Positions 37,830-49,490 of a stretch of DNA of 64,000 nt are shown here, in pieces. A program made the translations under genes and the position numbers. Source of the stretch: Octopus vulgaris (lineage: Eukaryota); assembly GCA_951406725.2 (NCBI GenBank), contig OX597819.1, forward strand, positions 40,672,001-40,736,000. Reading direction: 5' to 3'. The notes beneath the pieces are model-generated. The model ran no database searches and was not told where the DNA came from. It saw nothing but the letters and a program-made list of their open reading frames with translations. Within the stretch, counting starts at the first letter, position 1. Every line of letters begins with the position of its first letter.

Positions 37830-37863
<34 letters not shown>

Positions 37864-38109
37864 TTACTTATTACTTATTATATTATATTTATCATTCTTT
37901 TTATACTTTTTGGAAAAAAAAAATTAAAATTTTATATATATTATATTAATTATATTTATATTATTTATTATTTATGTATTGGTTTATGTCTATCACTGTT
38001 TGAGTTGCCTAATAGTGGTTTAATTCATATTTTATATATTTATACTGTGAAATTTGATTTAATCCTAAATCTAATTTTTCCCTGTAAGTTTGGAGCCATA
38101 CTCCCTAAT

Positions 38110-38141
<32 letters not shown>

Positions 38142-38176
38142 GGCACTTCAGAACTATATATATTTGGGATATTTAC

Positions 38177-38384
38177 CTTACAAGTCATGAATTTGAAGTC
38201 TGATTTTGTTGTGGAGGCCTCTGTAACTTCAGCAAGAAGTTCTTGGGCATGTGGACCAATCAGAGTGATTGCAGAATACATGGATGTCACATCTCTAATT
38301 TGGATAGAGCCATCTTTTGGGAGGTGCCGTAACAACCATGCCAAACTTTTCGTTTGTTGAGTAGTTGGAGAGATCAGGAAGTAA
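38177..38384 (-). CDS. PDPR: PDPR-like exon (YFLISPTTQQTKSLAWL...DVTSMYSAITLIGP...FMTCK)
   Basis: cttcag acceptor and gtaaat donor. 208 nt, phase 2-0. Confidence 0.92.
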
Positions 38385-39719
38385 CTGAAGAGAAATCAGA
38401 GAAGCAAAATTAGTTAAATGAAAATAATAATAATAATAATAATCCTTTCTACTATAGGCACAAGGCCTGAAATTTGTGGGATGGGGGTTAGTTGATTACA
38501 TCAACCCCAGTGTCCAACTGGTATTTATTTCATTGACCCCAAAATGATGAAAGGCAAAGTTGACCTCAGTGGAATTTGAACTCGGAACGTGAAGACTGAC
38601 AAAATACTTCTTAGCATTTAACCTCTGTGCTAACAGTTCTACCAGTTCACCACCTTAATATTATTATTATTATTATTAATAATAATCTTTTCTACTATAG
38701 ACACAGGGCCTGAAATTTGAGGGAAGGGGCTAGCTGATTACAGCAACCCCAGTGCTCAGCTGGTACTTGTTTTATCAACTCTGAAAGGATGAAAGGCAAA
38801 GTCAACCCTGGCTGAATTTGAGCTCAGAACCTAAATATGGATGAAATGCCGCTATACATTTTGTATGGCATGCTAACAATTTTGCCAGCTCACTGCCTTA
38901 ATAATAATAATAATAATCCTTTCTGCTGTAGGCACAAGGCCTGAAATTTGTGGGGAAGAGTTGAGTTGATCACATCGACTCCAGTACATGACTGGTACTT
39001 AATTTATCAACCCTGAAAGGATGAAAGGCAAAGTTGACCTTGGTGGAATTTGAACTCGGAACATACAATTGCTAAGCATTTTGCCTGGTGGGCTAATGTC
39101 TCTGCCAGCTCACCGCCTTATGGTTTCACATTTTGGCACAAGGCCAGTAAGTTCAAGGGAGTGTTTAAATCATTTACATTAGCCCCAGTGTTCAACTGAT
39201 ACTTATTTTATCAGCCCCGAAAGGATGAAAGGCAAAGTCGAGATGAGTGGAATTTGAACTTAGAATGTAAAAATAAATGAAATGCCACTAAGAATTTTGT
39301 CCGGTGTGCTAACAATTCTGCCAGCTCGCCACTAAACAATAATTGTTGTTGTTAGACAGTGAGCTGGCAGAATTGTTAGCACACTGGAACTAATGCATTT
39401 CTTCTGGCTATGCATTCTGAGTTCAAATTCTTCTGAAGCTAACTTTGCCTTTCGTCCTTTTGGAGTCAATAAAAAAAAAACGTAGCAGTCATGCTGTTGT
39501 ATTCCATTTCACTTTTATATTGTTGTGTCTGATGTTCTTTGCATATTTCATATGTGTGTTGTGTTGAATATGTGTTGTGTATATGTTGAGTCATAGTGTT
39601 GTGTTGATTTTGTACAAAATAGCATCATTAGTATGGTGTTCTATTGTCAGTATGAAACACTATGTCCGAGTAATGAAAGATTGAGTAGTCAAGGTCATAA
39701 TAGTATAAAGCATATGCAG

Positions 39720-40130
39720 TAATGTACAACTGTCTGGGAAGTGAACAGTGTATGAGTTAGATACATGCTTGCGTGTGTATGGAGGGGAGAAAATCAGGTG
39801 TAGTGTTGGCGAATCTCAGGAAGCATGGAAGTTTTGAAGGATGCAGTGCTCCAACAACTAACAACTGATGCCGGCAGTCTGTTCCATATTTCAGCAACTC
39901 TTAGTGTGAAAAAATGTTTCTGAAAGTCATGGGAGCTGTGTTGCTTTCTGACTTTGTAAATGTGTCCACGGGTGTTAGACAGGTGAAGTTTGAAAAGGTG
40001 CTCAGAGTTATTGTTTGTAAGATGGTTAATAATTTTATGGGAGTCTGCCAAGTCAGCTGCCAGACGTCGGAGTTTCAATGTGTCCATGCCCAGGGAAGTA
40101 AGGCATACAGAATATGGCAAATGCCTGATG
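39720..40130 (-). mobile_element. Shorter copy of the same CR1-type LINE 3' end
   Basis: Encodes IRHLPYS...LKLRRLAADL...TRGH...FFTLRVAE.WN.LP. Confidence 0.82.
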
Positions 40131-40398
40131 AAATACCTTTGGTCACAGGTCAGCTTGAACACAACTGACCTGGTGGTGGTGGTGGTGAAGAAGAAGAAAA
40201 AAGAATTGAGAGACGAACTGGTAGCAGGAGGAAGAGGAGAGGAAGAATTGGAGGAGGAGAGAAGAAGAAGAAATAATAGTAGTAGTAGTAGTTTACAGAA
40301 AATCTTTGGTAATGATGGTAGCACAATCTTTACATTTTCAGTTGTCATAAAAATTAAAAAACATGGTATGGTATAAATAAGTAGATAATAATTCTTAC

Positions 40399-40547
40399 TA
40401 ATTTTCACTCAACCGTGCCACACTACAGTCATTTTCGTAGCCTCCAAACTCATTTTGCATTCCTGTATTTACAACAGTACCAACATCAAGATCGACATCA
40501 TTTGAACATAGATACTGTAAAAAGTTAGCAGCTTCTTGGTTGGCAGA
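40399..40547 (-). CDS. PDPR: PDPR-like exon (SANQEAANFLQYLCSNDVD...TGMQNEFGGYENDCSVARL)
   Basis: atttcag acceptor and gtaaga donor. 149 nt, phase 0-2. Confidence 0.92.
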
Positions 40548-40908
40548 CTGAAATAGACAAAAAAGATGTGTAAAGAAATAATGACTCAGGATATAATATG
40601 CAAATATTACAAGATCACTAATTAAATGTTCAGGTAATTAATTGAAGAATGAAGCATTATTAAAAAAAAAGGAAAATAAGTTTAAAAAAAAAATGGGAGC
40701 AGAAATGATAATAGACAAATCTCTTTCCCTCCCTCCCCACACATGTAAGTACATACACATACACGCACACAAGCAGGCACATACACATGTACACACTCAC
40801 TCACACACACCATCATTTAACGTCTACTTTTTTATGCTTGCATGGGTTAGATGGAGTTTATTTGAGCCAGATTTTCTGTGGCTGGATGCCCTTCATGTTG
40901 CTAACCAA

Positions 40909-41056
40909 TGTATGTATGTATGTATGCATGCATGCATGTATGCATGCATGCATGTATGTAAGCATGCATGCATGCATGCATGCATGCATGTATGCATACA
41001 TGTGTGTGTGTATATACACAAGTACTTTTGTGTGTGCATTTATATATATATATATA
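40909..41056. repeat. (TATG)/(CATG)n and (TA)n microsatellite
   Basis: Directly visible. A similar tract lies at 63530-63612. Confidence 0.9.
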
Positions 41057-41309
41057 CACATATTTATATAGTACAAAGTAAGATAGGAGTTATGAGGGTA
41101 ACCCACTATGGGATATCAGTTATCCAATATTATTAATTTGCATATTGATGTATATTGTTTTGTTTGATTTTCAAGTTCCTATTTATATAATTAATAAATA
41201 ATATGAAATGGTAATATCTGTAAGTTGATGATTGAAATGAATTTGTTCCTCCATTTTCTTATTTGTATATATATATATATATATATACAAATATGTATGT
41301 ATGTAGAGA

Positions 41310-42416
41310 GTGCAGTGAATAAACTGTTATCTAAATCATGCAAAAATGAAAATAACACTCACATCTCATTCTAACAGATATATTCACCAAAATTACATAA
41401 AAATATCTTGAAATACTAAAGAGTAAATTTATTTAATAAAATCGCCATTAGCTTCAACCATGGCTTCCAGATGACTTCAGAATCTACTGCAACTCTTCTG
41501 GACGGTCTCCTTGTTTAAGTTGCTGAATGTTGCCATAATCCTTGCCGTCAGTTCATCTTTGGTGTTACAAGGAGTTTTGTTGGTTTCTTGCTCAACTGTG
41601 CCCCACACATAATAATGAAGGGGGCTGCAGCCTGGGATGTCCAAATGTTAGGGATGATGTGGTAGCACACTGGAACTAATGCAGAATCCTTTAGAGCAGT
41701 GGCTCTGCATCCCTTTTACCATATGACATTACAAACAACCCCTTTCCATGTTTTGACCTCCCAGTAAAGACTGCTTTATTTTCTTATACTATCTCATGCA
41801 GCATGTGCCTATTTTCAGATATTTCTCTGAATTAGTACTGCTTAACAATAAGTGCCTAATTAGAAATATTGTCTATAGGTCTAACGTCCACACTAACCTG
41901 AATATTTTTACCTATATAGGCTCCACATCTTTTTCACTCAGCCATGAGTGGGTTCTCCTGCTTGTGTGGTATGGTGCAGAGTCTCGTTGCCAGACATAGG
42001 GTGTTCCAGCAGCCACCCTCTTGACCCAGAACAGCATTATCTCCTCCAGGCACTTGATGTAGGCCTCTGTGTTGAGTCTGATGGCGTGAGGGAAGATGAA
42101 TGGAAGCATAATGTCGCCATCACTATTGATCACTTCAAACACAATGATGTTGACTGGATGTTTGATTTTTATCACTCTCGGTACATGTTCTCAGATTGCA
42201 CTGTCCTCAGATCGACACCCAAACAATCTGAAATGTTCAAATTGAAGCTTCCAACGCAAATGCCAAGCAGTACAGCATGTTGTTTCCAAATTTCTGGCAG
42301 TGTGAATTGTGTCATGGTGCTTATCTGACCCTACTATACTGTGTAGTCAACAAAATCAACTACACATGCGCGAAATTAAAAATATAAAATGGCGACAATT
42401 TACCCATTGCACCCTG
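41310..42416 (-). mobile_element. Second copy of the DD37D Tc1/mariner remnant, interrupted at 41663-41938
   Basis: Colinear with 56413-57278. Ends ...ttacccattgcaccctgTA. Confidence 0.8.
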
Positions 42417-42426
42417 TATGAATGTG

Positions 42427-42465
<39 letters not shown>

Positions 42466-42495
42466 GTATGTATATATATGTATAAACTGTTAAGA

Positions 42496-42726
42496 GGGCG
42501 GTGAGCTGGCAGAAACGTTTGCACACCAGGCGAAATGCGTAGCCGTATTTCGTTTGTCGTTACATTCCAAGTTCAAATTCTGCTGAGGTCGACTTTGCCT
42601 TTCATCCTTTTGGGGTCGATAAATTAAGTACCAGTTATGCACTGGGGTCGATGTAATCGACTTAATCCTTTTGTCTGTCCTTGTTTGTCCCCTCTATGTT
42701 TAGCCCCCTGTGGGTAGTAAAGAAAT
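42496..42726 (+). mobile_element. Abundant SINE family B (gagctggcagaa...gagttcaaattc...gactttgcctttcatcctttcggggtcgat core)
   Basis: Copies at about 6465-6850 (internally duplicated), 7020-7220, 8990-9190, 9810-10010, 20330-20557, 38440-39480 (clustered), 46760-47530 (clustered), 49720-49930 and 58250-58460. Confidence 0.85.
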
Positions 42727-43223
42727 ATATACATGTATAAACCGTTAACATTAATTTCTATTATAACAGAAAGCAAAAAATCAGCTTTTACTCTAAACCC
42801 GCCTAAAAATACATATAAAAAAGGGCCAAAACTATAAAATCAGCCTCTTTGGTCTTTTTAAGATGAACCAGCACAGTAAGCATATTATTATTCAGGACTA
42901 ATCAGCAGTTAATTCTATTTATAGGAGCAGGGAGAAACAGCAATTTAAAAAAAAATTCTCCTTCTGTACCAGCTTACATGAGATCAGCACTGTTTATTTG
43001 ATATAGAATTTTTTGTTTAATTTAAAGCTTTCCTGCTCAAATTAAAACTTTCCATTAAAAGTTTACGTGGCAACCTCTAATTAAGTTATGTCACAAAAAC
43101 CTGCTTAATGCTATTTTATTAAATCCCTCTAAATTCTTGATTTATTTAAAAATTAATTGAAATGCATGATATGTTCCATTAGAAACAAGGGTCACAAAAT
43201 GTTTAATATAATATAGAATTTAC

Positions 43224-43363
43224 CTTTACTTCAATTTTAGAGAATGAAGACATGTCTATGATGCAAACCCTTTCTTTACAAGCCCAATACTCATCTTTGA
43301 CAATATTAAACCAATCTGGTTTACTGAATGTTCCCTGTGACATTCGCTGTTCAACAAACTCGT
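43224..43363 (-). CDS. PDPR: PDPR-like exon (EFVEQ...[36 protein letters not shown])
   Basis: ttcaag acceptor and gtaaat donor. 140 nt, phase 1-0. GcvT DMSSFxK motif. Confidence 0.92.
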
Positions 43364-43455
43364 CTTGAAAGGAAGAAATTTGAAAAAAAAAAAAAAAAAA
43401 AAAGAAAATGGAAGAGAAAGATCAATCATAAGACAAAAAGAAAGATCAATCATAT

Positions 43456-43905
<450 letters not shown>

Positions 43906-44466
43906 GAAGGAGAAAGATAAAGAAAGGGATCATTCATAAAGTAGAGAGAAAAATCAATCACAGAGAAGAGGGGAGAGCTAAATCATGAAGTAAAGAGAAA
44001 GATCAATCGCAAGGTAAAGAGAAAGATCACTCATAAAGTAGAGAGAAAAATATCTATCATCAGTTAGAGGAAAGATCAAAGCAAGGACAACTTAATCTAA
44101 GACATGCTCATTTTTTCTACATTGTCAGTTGTTACACTCAGACGACTAGAGTAGAAAAGAATATTAAATATAACATGCCATTTGCTATATATTGATGTAT
44201 GCTAAGTAAAGCACTACATGCACTTCTTCCACCCTTAAACAGCTAGTTGTTATTGTTTAACAACTCTTGTCATCTGGACTTAGGATCAAAGGCACTCCAG
44301 CTATGACAATCCCATCATCTTGTATAATACAAGCAATCAAATCAGGGAGTGTTTTAAATATTTTGCAACTTTAATCACATATATATCGTAAACAAACTAA
44401 TTAAATCCAAATTTAATCTAATCATTGCAGAAAATGGAAAGAGCAGGTAGAATTTGAAACACTCAC

Positions 44467-44622
44467 CATCAGCATTAGGAACAAACCACATTGGTGTTTC
44501 ATAGGCATTAGTTTCTCCAAAGACAGCTCCTGCTACTTCAAGCCTGGTATGTAATGGAGATGTCCTTAGTTTACGAGAAGACCCATACTCTTCAGTTGAG
44601 TAACCAATAGCATAAAGATGTC
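44467..44622 (-). CDS. PDPR: PDPR-like exon (HLYAIGY...RKLRTSPLHTRLEVAGAVFGETNAYETPMWF)
   Basis: tttaaag acceptor and gtgagt donor. 156 nt, phase 1-1. Confidence 0.92.
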
Positions 44623-44814
44623 CTTTAAAAAAAGATAAATATTTTATTAGTAAACTACAATTGTATAGAATCATAAGCAAGGCAAAATAACATGTATTCT
44701 TTTATTGGTTTTAGTTGTTTGGATTGTTGCCATGCTGGAGCAGAATCCTTTAGAGCATATGACATTACAAACAACCCCTTTCCATGTTTTGACCTCCCAG
44801 TAAAGATTGCTTTA

Positions 44815-45175
44815 TCTCTCTCTATATATAAACGGCAGTTTGTCTGTGTGTGTTTCTGTGTGTCTGTTAGGTTGTACCCTCACCCTGACCACGGCTTTCA
44901 ACCGATTCTGATGAAACTTGACACACACATAGCCCAATGTCATAATTCAAAACTAACACAGCGAAAATTTTGAAAAGTTCCCCCAGTTCTGAAAAAATCG
45001 ATAAATTCGACATGGGGTCGAGAATCAGAAACACAAACCACAGACTATCTAGGGGACGCAACTCGACCTTTTTAACTAAAAAAAAATTTACCATCATTTT
45101 TTGGCTATAACTCTCTAAAAATGCTTTATAGTTATTTCCCTTACAAACCTGAGCAACGCTGGGCGATACTGCTAG
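44815..45175 (+). mobile_element. Non-autonomous Helitron
   Basis: 5' TC, 3' CTAG with a subterminal hairpin (cctgagcaacgctggg). Inserted between A and T with no TSD. The empty site is present at 41778/41779. Confidence 0.88.
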
Positions 45176-45239
45176 TTTTCTTATACAATCTCATGCAGCA
45201 TGTGCCTATTTTCAGATATTTCTCTGAATTAGTACCGCT

Positions 45240-46090
45240 TAACAATAAGTGCCTAATTAGAAATATTGTCTATAGGTCTAACGTCCACACTAACCTGAAT
45301 ACTTTTACCTACGTAGGCTCCACATCTTTTTCACTCGAATGAATAACATTTAACCATGTTCACAACTTTAGAAGTAGAGATAAGGCTAAAATGACATCCC
45401 TAGCTGCAAAAATCTGGGAACTGAAAGACAACAATGTTGAGTTCCACATTACTTGGAGCACTGTGAAGAATGCTAGGCTTATATCAAAGATAGATATGGA
45501 TGTAAACTATGCAACACTGAATTACTAGAAACCCTAAAATGTTCTGGGGAGAGTTTAACCCTTTCGTTACTGTATTTATTTTGAGATGCTCTGTGTTCTG
45601 TCCAATCACTTTAAATATAACAAAGAATTAAGTAAAATAACTTCGTTATCATTCAGCTAGTGTTAGGAACATAAATTGTGACTAAGGTTTGGTGGAAGAT
45701 TTTAATTCAGAACTTATGAAAACTAGCCATTTGTACTCAGAGCCAGAGCCGGTTTCAGCCAGGTTGGTAACGAAAGGGTCAATAAATCAGATGAACCAAC
45801 TTTCTGTTAGCTTAAGGTATAAGACCATAAATTATATCTTCTTCCCCTCTTAGCTTTGTACCATAGCTGCTTGTCAGCTCTTGAACACACCCACTTGCTA
45901 GAGCTATATATTGATAACTCCACTTGCTGAAACTAGCTGGCCAGTCATGGGTTGACCATGCTTAAATAATGTCTGATGAGACTGGGGATTCACATACTGT
46001 ATGATGTAGTCCAGGATATTGTATTATGATTACATTAAATAAAAATTCCTACTGAAATAATTATCACAAAATTTAAACTCCAGTCGCCTG
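45240..46090 (+). mobile_element. Degenerate Penelope-like element fragment (GIY-YIG remnant plus hammerhead-like CTGATGAG at 45973)
   Basis: Translates with stops and frameshifts to KCLIRNIVY...TYVGST, NH..NFR...TSLAAKIWELKDNNVEFHITW, GCKLCNTE, colinear with the 35704 ORF. Interrupted by a TTAA MITE. Confidence 0.75.
45559..45778 (+). mobile_element. piggyBac-type MITE, same family as 4194-4412
   Basis: TIR ccctttcgttac/gtaacgaaaggg with ttaa/tcaa flanks. Confidence 0.82.
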
Positions 46091-46286
46091 TTATTATGTA
46101 CATGTGTGTGTGTGTATGAGTGGCTTGGCTGTGTGGTAAGTAGCTTGCTAACCAACCACATGGTTCCAGGTTCAGTCCCACTGCGTGGCGTCTTGGGCAA
46201 GTGTCTTCTGCTATAGCCCCGGGCCGATCAATGCTTTGTGAGTGGATTTGGTAGATGGAAACTGAAAGAAGCCTGTCGTATATATG

Positions 46287-46317
<31 letters not shown>

Positions 46318-47574
46318 TTGTGTGTCTGTGTTTGTTCCCCTAGCATTGTTTGACAACTGATGCTGGTGTGTTTACATCCCCGTCACTTAGGGGTTCGGCA
46401 AAAGAGACCGATAGAATAAGTATTGGGCTTACAAAGAATAAGTCCCAGGGTCGATTTGCTTGACTAAAGGCGGTGCTCCAGCATGGCCGCAGTCAAAATG
46501 ACTGAAACAAGTAAAAGAGTAAAGAGTATGTGTATTTGTAGGTGTGTATGCATGTGTGTGTGTTTAAAAGTGTGCTTTGATGTGTGTGTTTATATTCTCC
46601 AAACATTGCCTAGCTATGGGGAGTAATGTTACTGTCATTTCTCTTATTGATGGGTTGTCTGCTGGCTTTTGAAAATGTGTGGAATAAGATATCTCTAATT
46701 TGGTAAATAAGGATTAGAAACAAAAAGTGCATCTGGTTCCAAAACTATGCCTCAAAGTAGAGTCAATAAATTAAGTACCAGTAAAACACTGGGGTCAATG
46801 TAGTCCTATCAAATTTCAGGCCTTGCGCCTATAGAAGAAAGGATTATTATTATCATTATTATCATTATTAAGGCAGCAAGCTGGCAGAATTGTTAGCACA
46901 CAGGGAAAAATGCTTAGCGGCATTTTGTCTGTCCTTATGTTCTGAGTTCAAATTCTGTTGAGGTTGACTTTGCCTTTCATCCTTTCGGGGTCAATAAAAT
47001 AGGTAGCAGTTGAATACTGGCGTCGATGTAATTGACTTACCCCTCCTTTGAAATTGCTGGCCTTGTGCCAGAATTTGAAGTCATTGAAGGTGGTGAGCTG
47101 GCAGAATCGTTTGCACGTCGGGCGAAATGCTTAGCAGTATTTCGTCTGCTGCTACGTTCTGAGTTCAAATTCCGCCGAGGTCGACTTAGCCTTTCATCCT
47201 TTCGGGGTCGATTAAATAAGTACCAGTTACGCACTGGGGTCGATATAATTGACTTAATCCCTTTGTCTGTCCTTGTTTGTCCCTTCTATGTTTTTCCCCT
47301 TGTGGGCAATAAAGAAATAAGAATCATTAGCATGCCGGGCAACGTGTTTAGTGGTATTTTGCCCATTTCTACATTCTGAGTTCAAATTCAGCTGAGGTTA
47401 ACTTTGCCTTTCACTCTTTTGGGGTTGATAAATTAAATATCAGTGAAACACTGGAGTTTATGTAATCGACTAGCCCCCCCCCCCCCCACCGCCAAATATC
47501 AGGCCTTGTCCCTATAGTAGAAAGAATTATCATTATTATTATTATCATTATTATAATAATAATAAACTACTAAC

Positions 47575-47767
47575 CAACTGCTTCTTTTACTCTGTCCCGC
47601 AGGAACCTTCTGTTATTGTGTAAGTCAACAAATCGGCTCACATCAACAGACCATAGATTCTTACTGGTGGTACCATCTACAATCCAGTCAGCAACCTCCT
47701 TACCAACACCTCCTGAGCCAGCAATTCCAGAAGAATTCATGCCAGCAGCTACAAAGTAATTATCCAC
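47575..47767 (-). CDS. PDPR: PDPR-like exon (VDNYFVAAGMNSSGIAGSGGVG...FLRDRVKEAV)
   Basis: tttcag acceptor and gttagt donor. 193 nt, phase 0-1. Confidence 0.93.
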
Positions 47768-48384
47768 CTGAAATGGTAAAGACACAAGTACTTTTAGTTC
47801 ATAGAATATGTTCATGTTCATCATCATCGTCATCATCATCATCATCATAAGAATTATCATTTAATGTTTTCCTTTCATGCTGGCATGGGTTGGATGGTTT
47901 GACAGGAGCTGGCAGGTCAGGAGACTGTGCCTCACTCTACTGTCTGTTTTAGTATGCTCTCTATAGCTGAATGTCCTTCCTAACACTCAACCACTTTACA
48001 AAGTGTACTGGTTGCTTTTTTTACATGGCACCAGCAGCAGTGAGGTCACCAACTAACTTGCAAAACAAGATCCTTTCCACTGAGGAAGGAGTAGCAGTAG
48101 ATGTGGGGTTAAGAATTTTACTTACCAACCACATGGTTTCAGGTTCAGTTCTAGTGCATGGCAATTTGCAGTAGAATTTTGTGGTGTGTGTGTGATCATG
48201 TCTTGAAAGCACATGATTGTTGTAAATGAGCATCAGTATCATACAAATGATGCTGTTTGCTTCCAGCCTGTCATGAAAGACATGTCTGTCCAATAGGAAA
48301 TATTACTACACACTCACTAAACACATGCACTAAGCACACACACACTAAACACACGCACAAAACACACATGTGTGAACAGCTCAC

Positions 48385-48509
48385 CTCAGGAGATTCTCCT
48401 ACAATATACGTTCCATCAGGTGTGAATGATTCTGGACCATTTAAAAGTTGTCGGACCTGAGCTTCTCCAACACCAGGAAATCGGTGGAGAATGGGCTCCA
48501 AAAGAACTT
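48385..48509 (-). CDS. PDPR: PDPR-like exon (VLLEPILHRFP...LLNGPESFTPDGTYIVGESPE)
   Basis: tctcag acceptor and gtgagc donor. 125 nt, phase 1-0. Carries the NGPESFTPD motif. Confidence 0.93.
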
Positions 48510-48589
48510 CTGAGATGTTGGAAAAAAAAAAAAAAAAAAAAATTGCAATATATGAATATTTTCATTTAAAAAATGGAATAATTAATAGA

Positions 48590-48627
<38 letters not shown>

Positions 48628-48631
<4 letters not shown>

Positions 48632-48840
48632 TAGTTTGATTTTTATAACGTGCTTTCACTACCGAGTGCAGCTCTGTGTGCCCCTTGGGTATGTGCTGTG
48701 GTTTGGTTTGATGCTCTTATGGTTACTGTATTGAAAATGTTTTGCGTAAGATGTGTGCAGTGCCAAGTAGTGCAATTTTCTGTATGTTATATATATCTGT
48801 GAGTCCTGGTGTTTTCATTACGTATTTGTCTGAATATTTT
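48628..48840 (-). mobile_element. R4/Dong-like (RLE) non-LTR retrotransposon 3' end inside a (TAA)n tract
   Basis: Minus strand encodes KTPGLTDIYNIQKIALLGTAHILRKTFSIQ*. (TAT)n on both sides. Confidence 0.7.
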
Positions 48841-48927
48841 ATTATTATTATTATTATTATTATTACAATTACACCATCAATTTATGTGAGAATTAAAAAA
48901 AAAGTAATAAAAAGGAAGTTATCTTAC

Positions 48928-49080
48928 GGAAATGATCCCAGTCTTCAGGAAGAAGTTGGTATTCAAAATTTTCAGGAACACCATGATGAAAGACTGGTTT
49001 GGCTTGAGGTTCAAATCCTCCAGCCAGAACTCCTCCACTCCATTCACGTATGTATACTTGGCCATCATAATCTCTTACAA
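48928..49080 (-). CDS. PDPR: PDPR-like exon (VRDYDGQVYIREWSGGVLAGGFEP...LLPEDWDHF)
   Basis: ctttgtag acceptor and gtaag donor. 153 nt, phase 1-1. Not in the ORF track; translated by hand. Confidence 0.92.
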
Positions 49081-49149
49081 CTACAAAGAATTCGAAAGAA
49101 AATTAAAAAATAAAGGAAGGTTGAAATGGTACTGTACATTAGCCTTCAA

Positions 49150-49490
49150 CTAACACTATCTCCTCCGAGACCCTGCAGCACAAGTTGACCAAAATTGAGA
49201 GTATGATAGAAGAAGGCTTGCTCTTCCTTCCGTCGAAGATAAAATTCAAATCAGACCTGTTAACACCAAAAATTATTTACATCAAGAAGGTGCTTTTTTT
49301 CTATGAAAATCCCTATTTTTTACGATTTTTTGACTGCTGTGTCGCCATTTTTCGGTGTATTTTAAGCAGAAAAATGTTCACTTAAAGAGAATAACAAGCT
49401 ACATAATGCAAAATTTTTACTTTTCAAAAATTCCAATTCTAAAGGGTTGAAATGAAAACAAACCTGAGCAACGCTAGGCTATACTGCTAG
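49150..49490 (+). mobile_element. Helitron 3' portion (same 3' end as the 44815 element)
   Basis: Ends acaaacctgagcaacgctaggctatactgCTAG|T. The 5' boundary is approximate. Confidence 0.65.
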
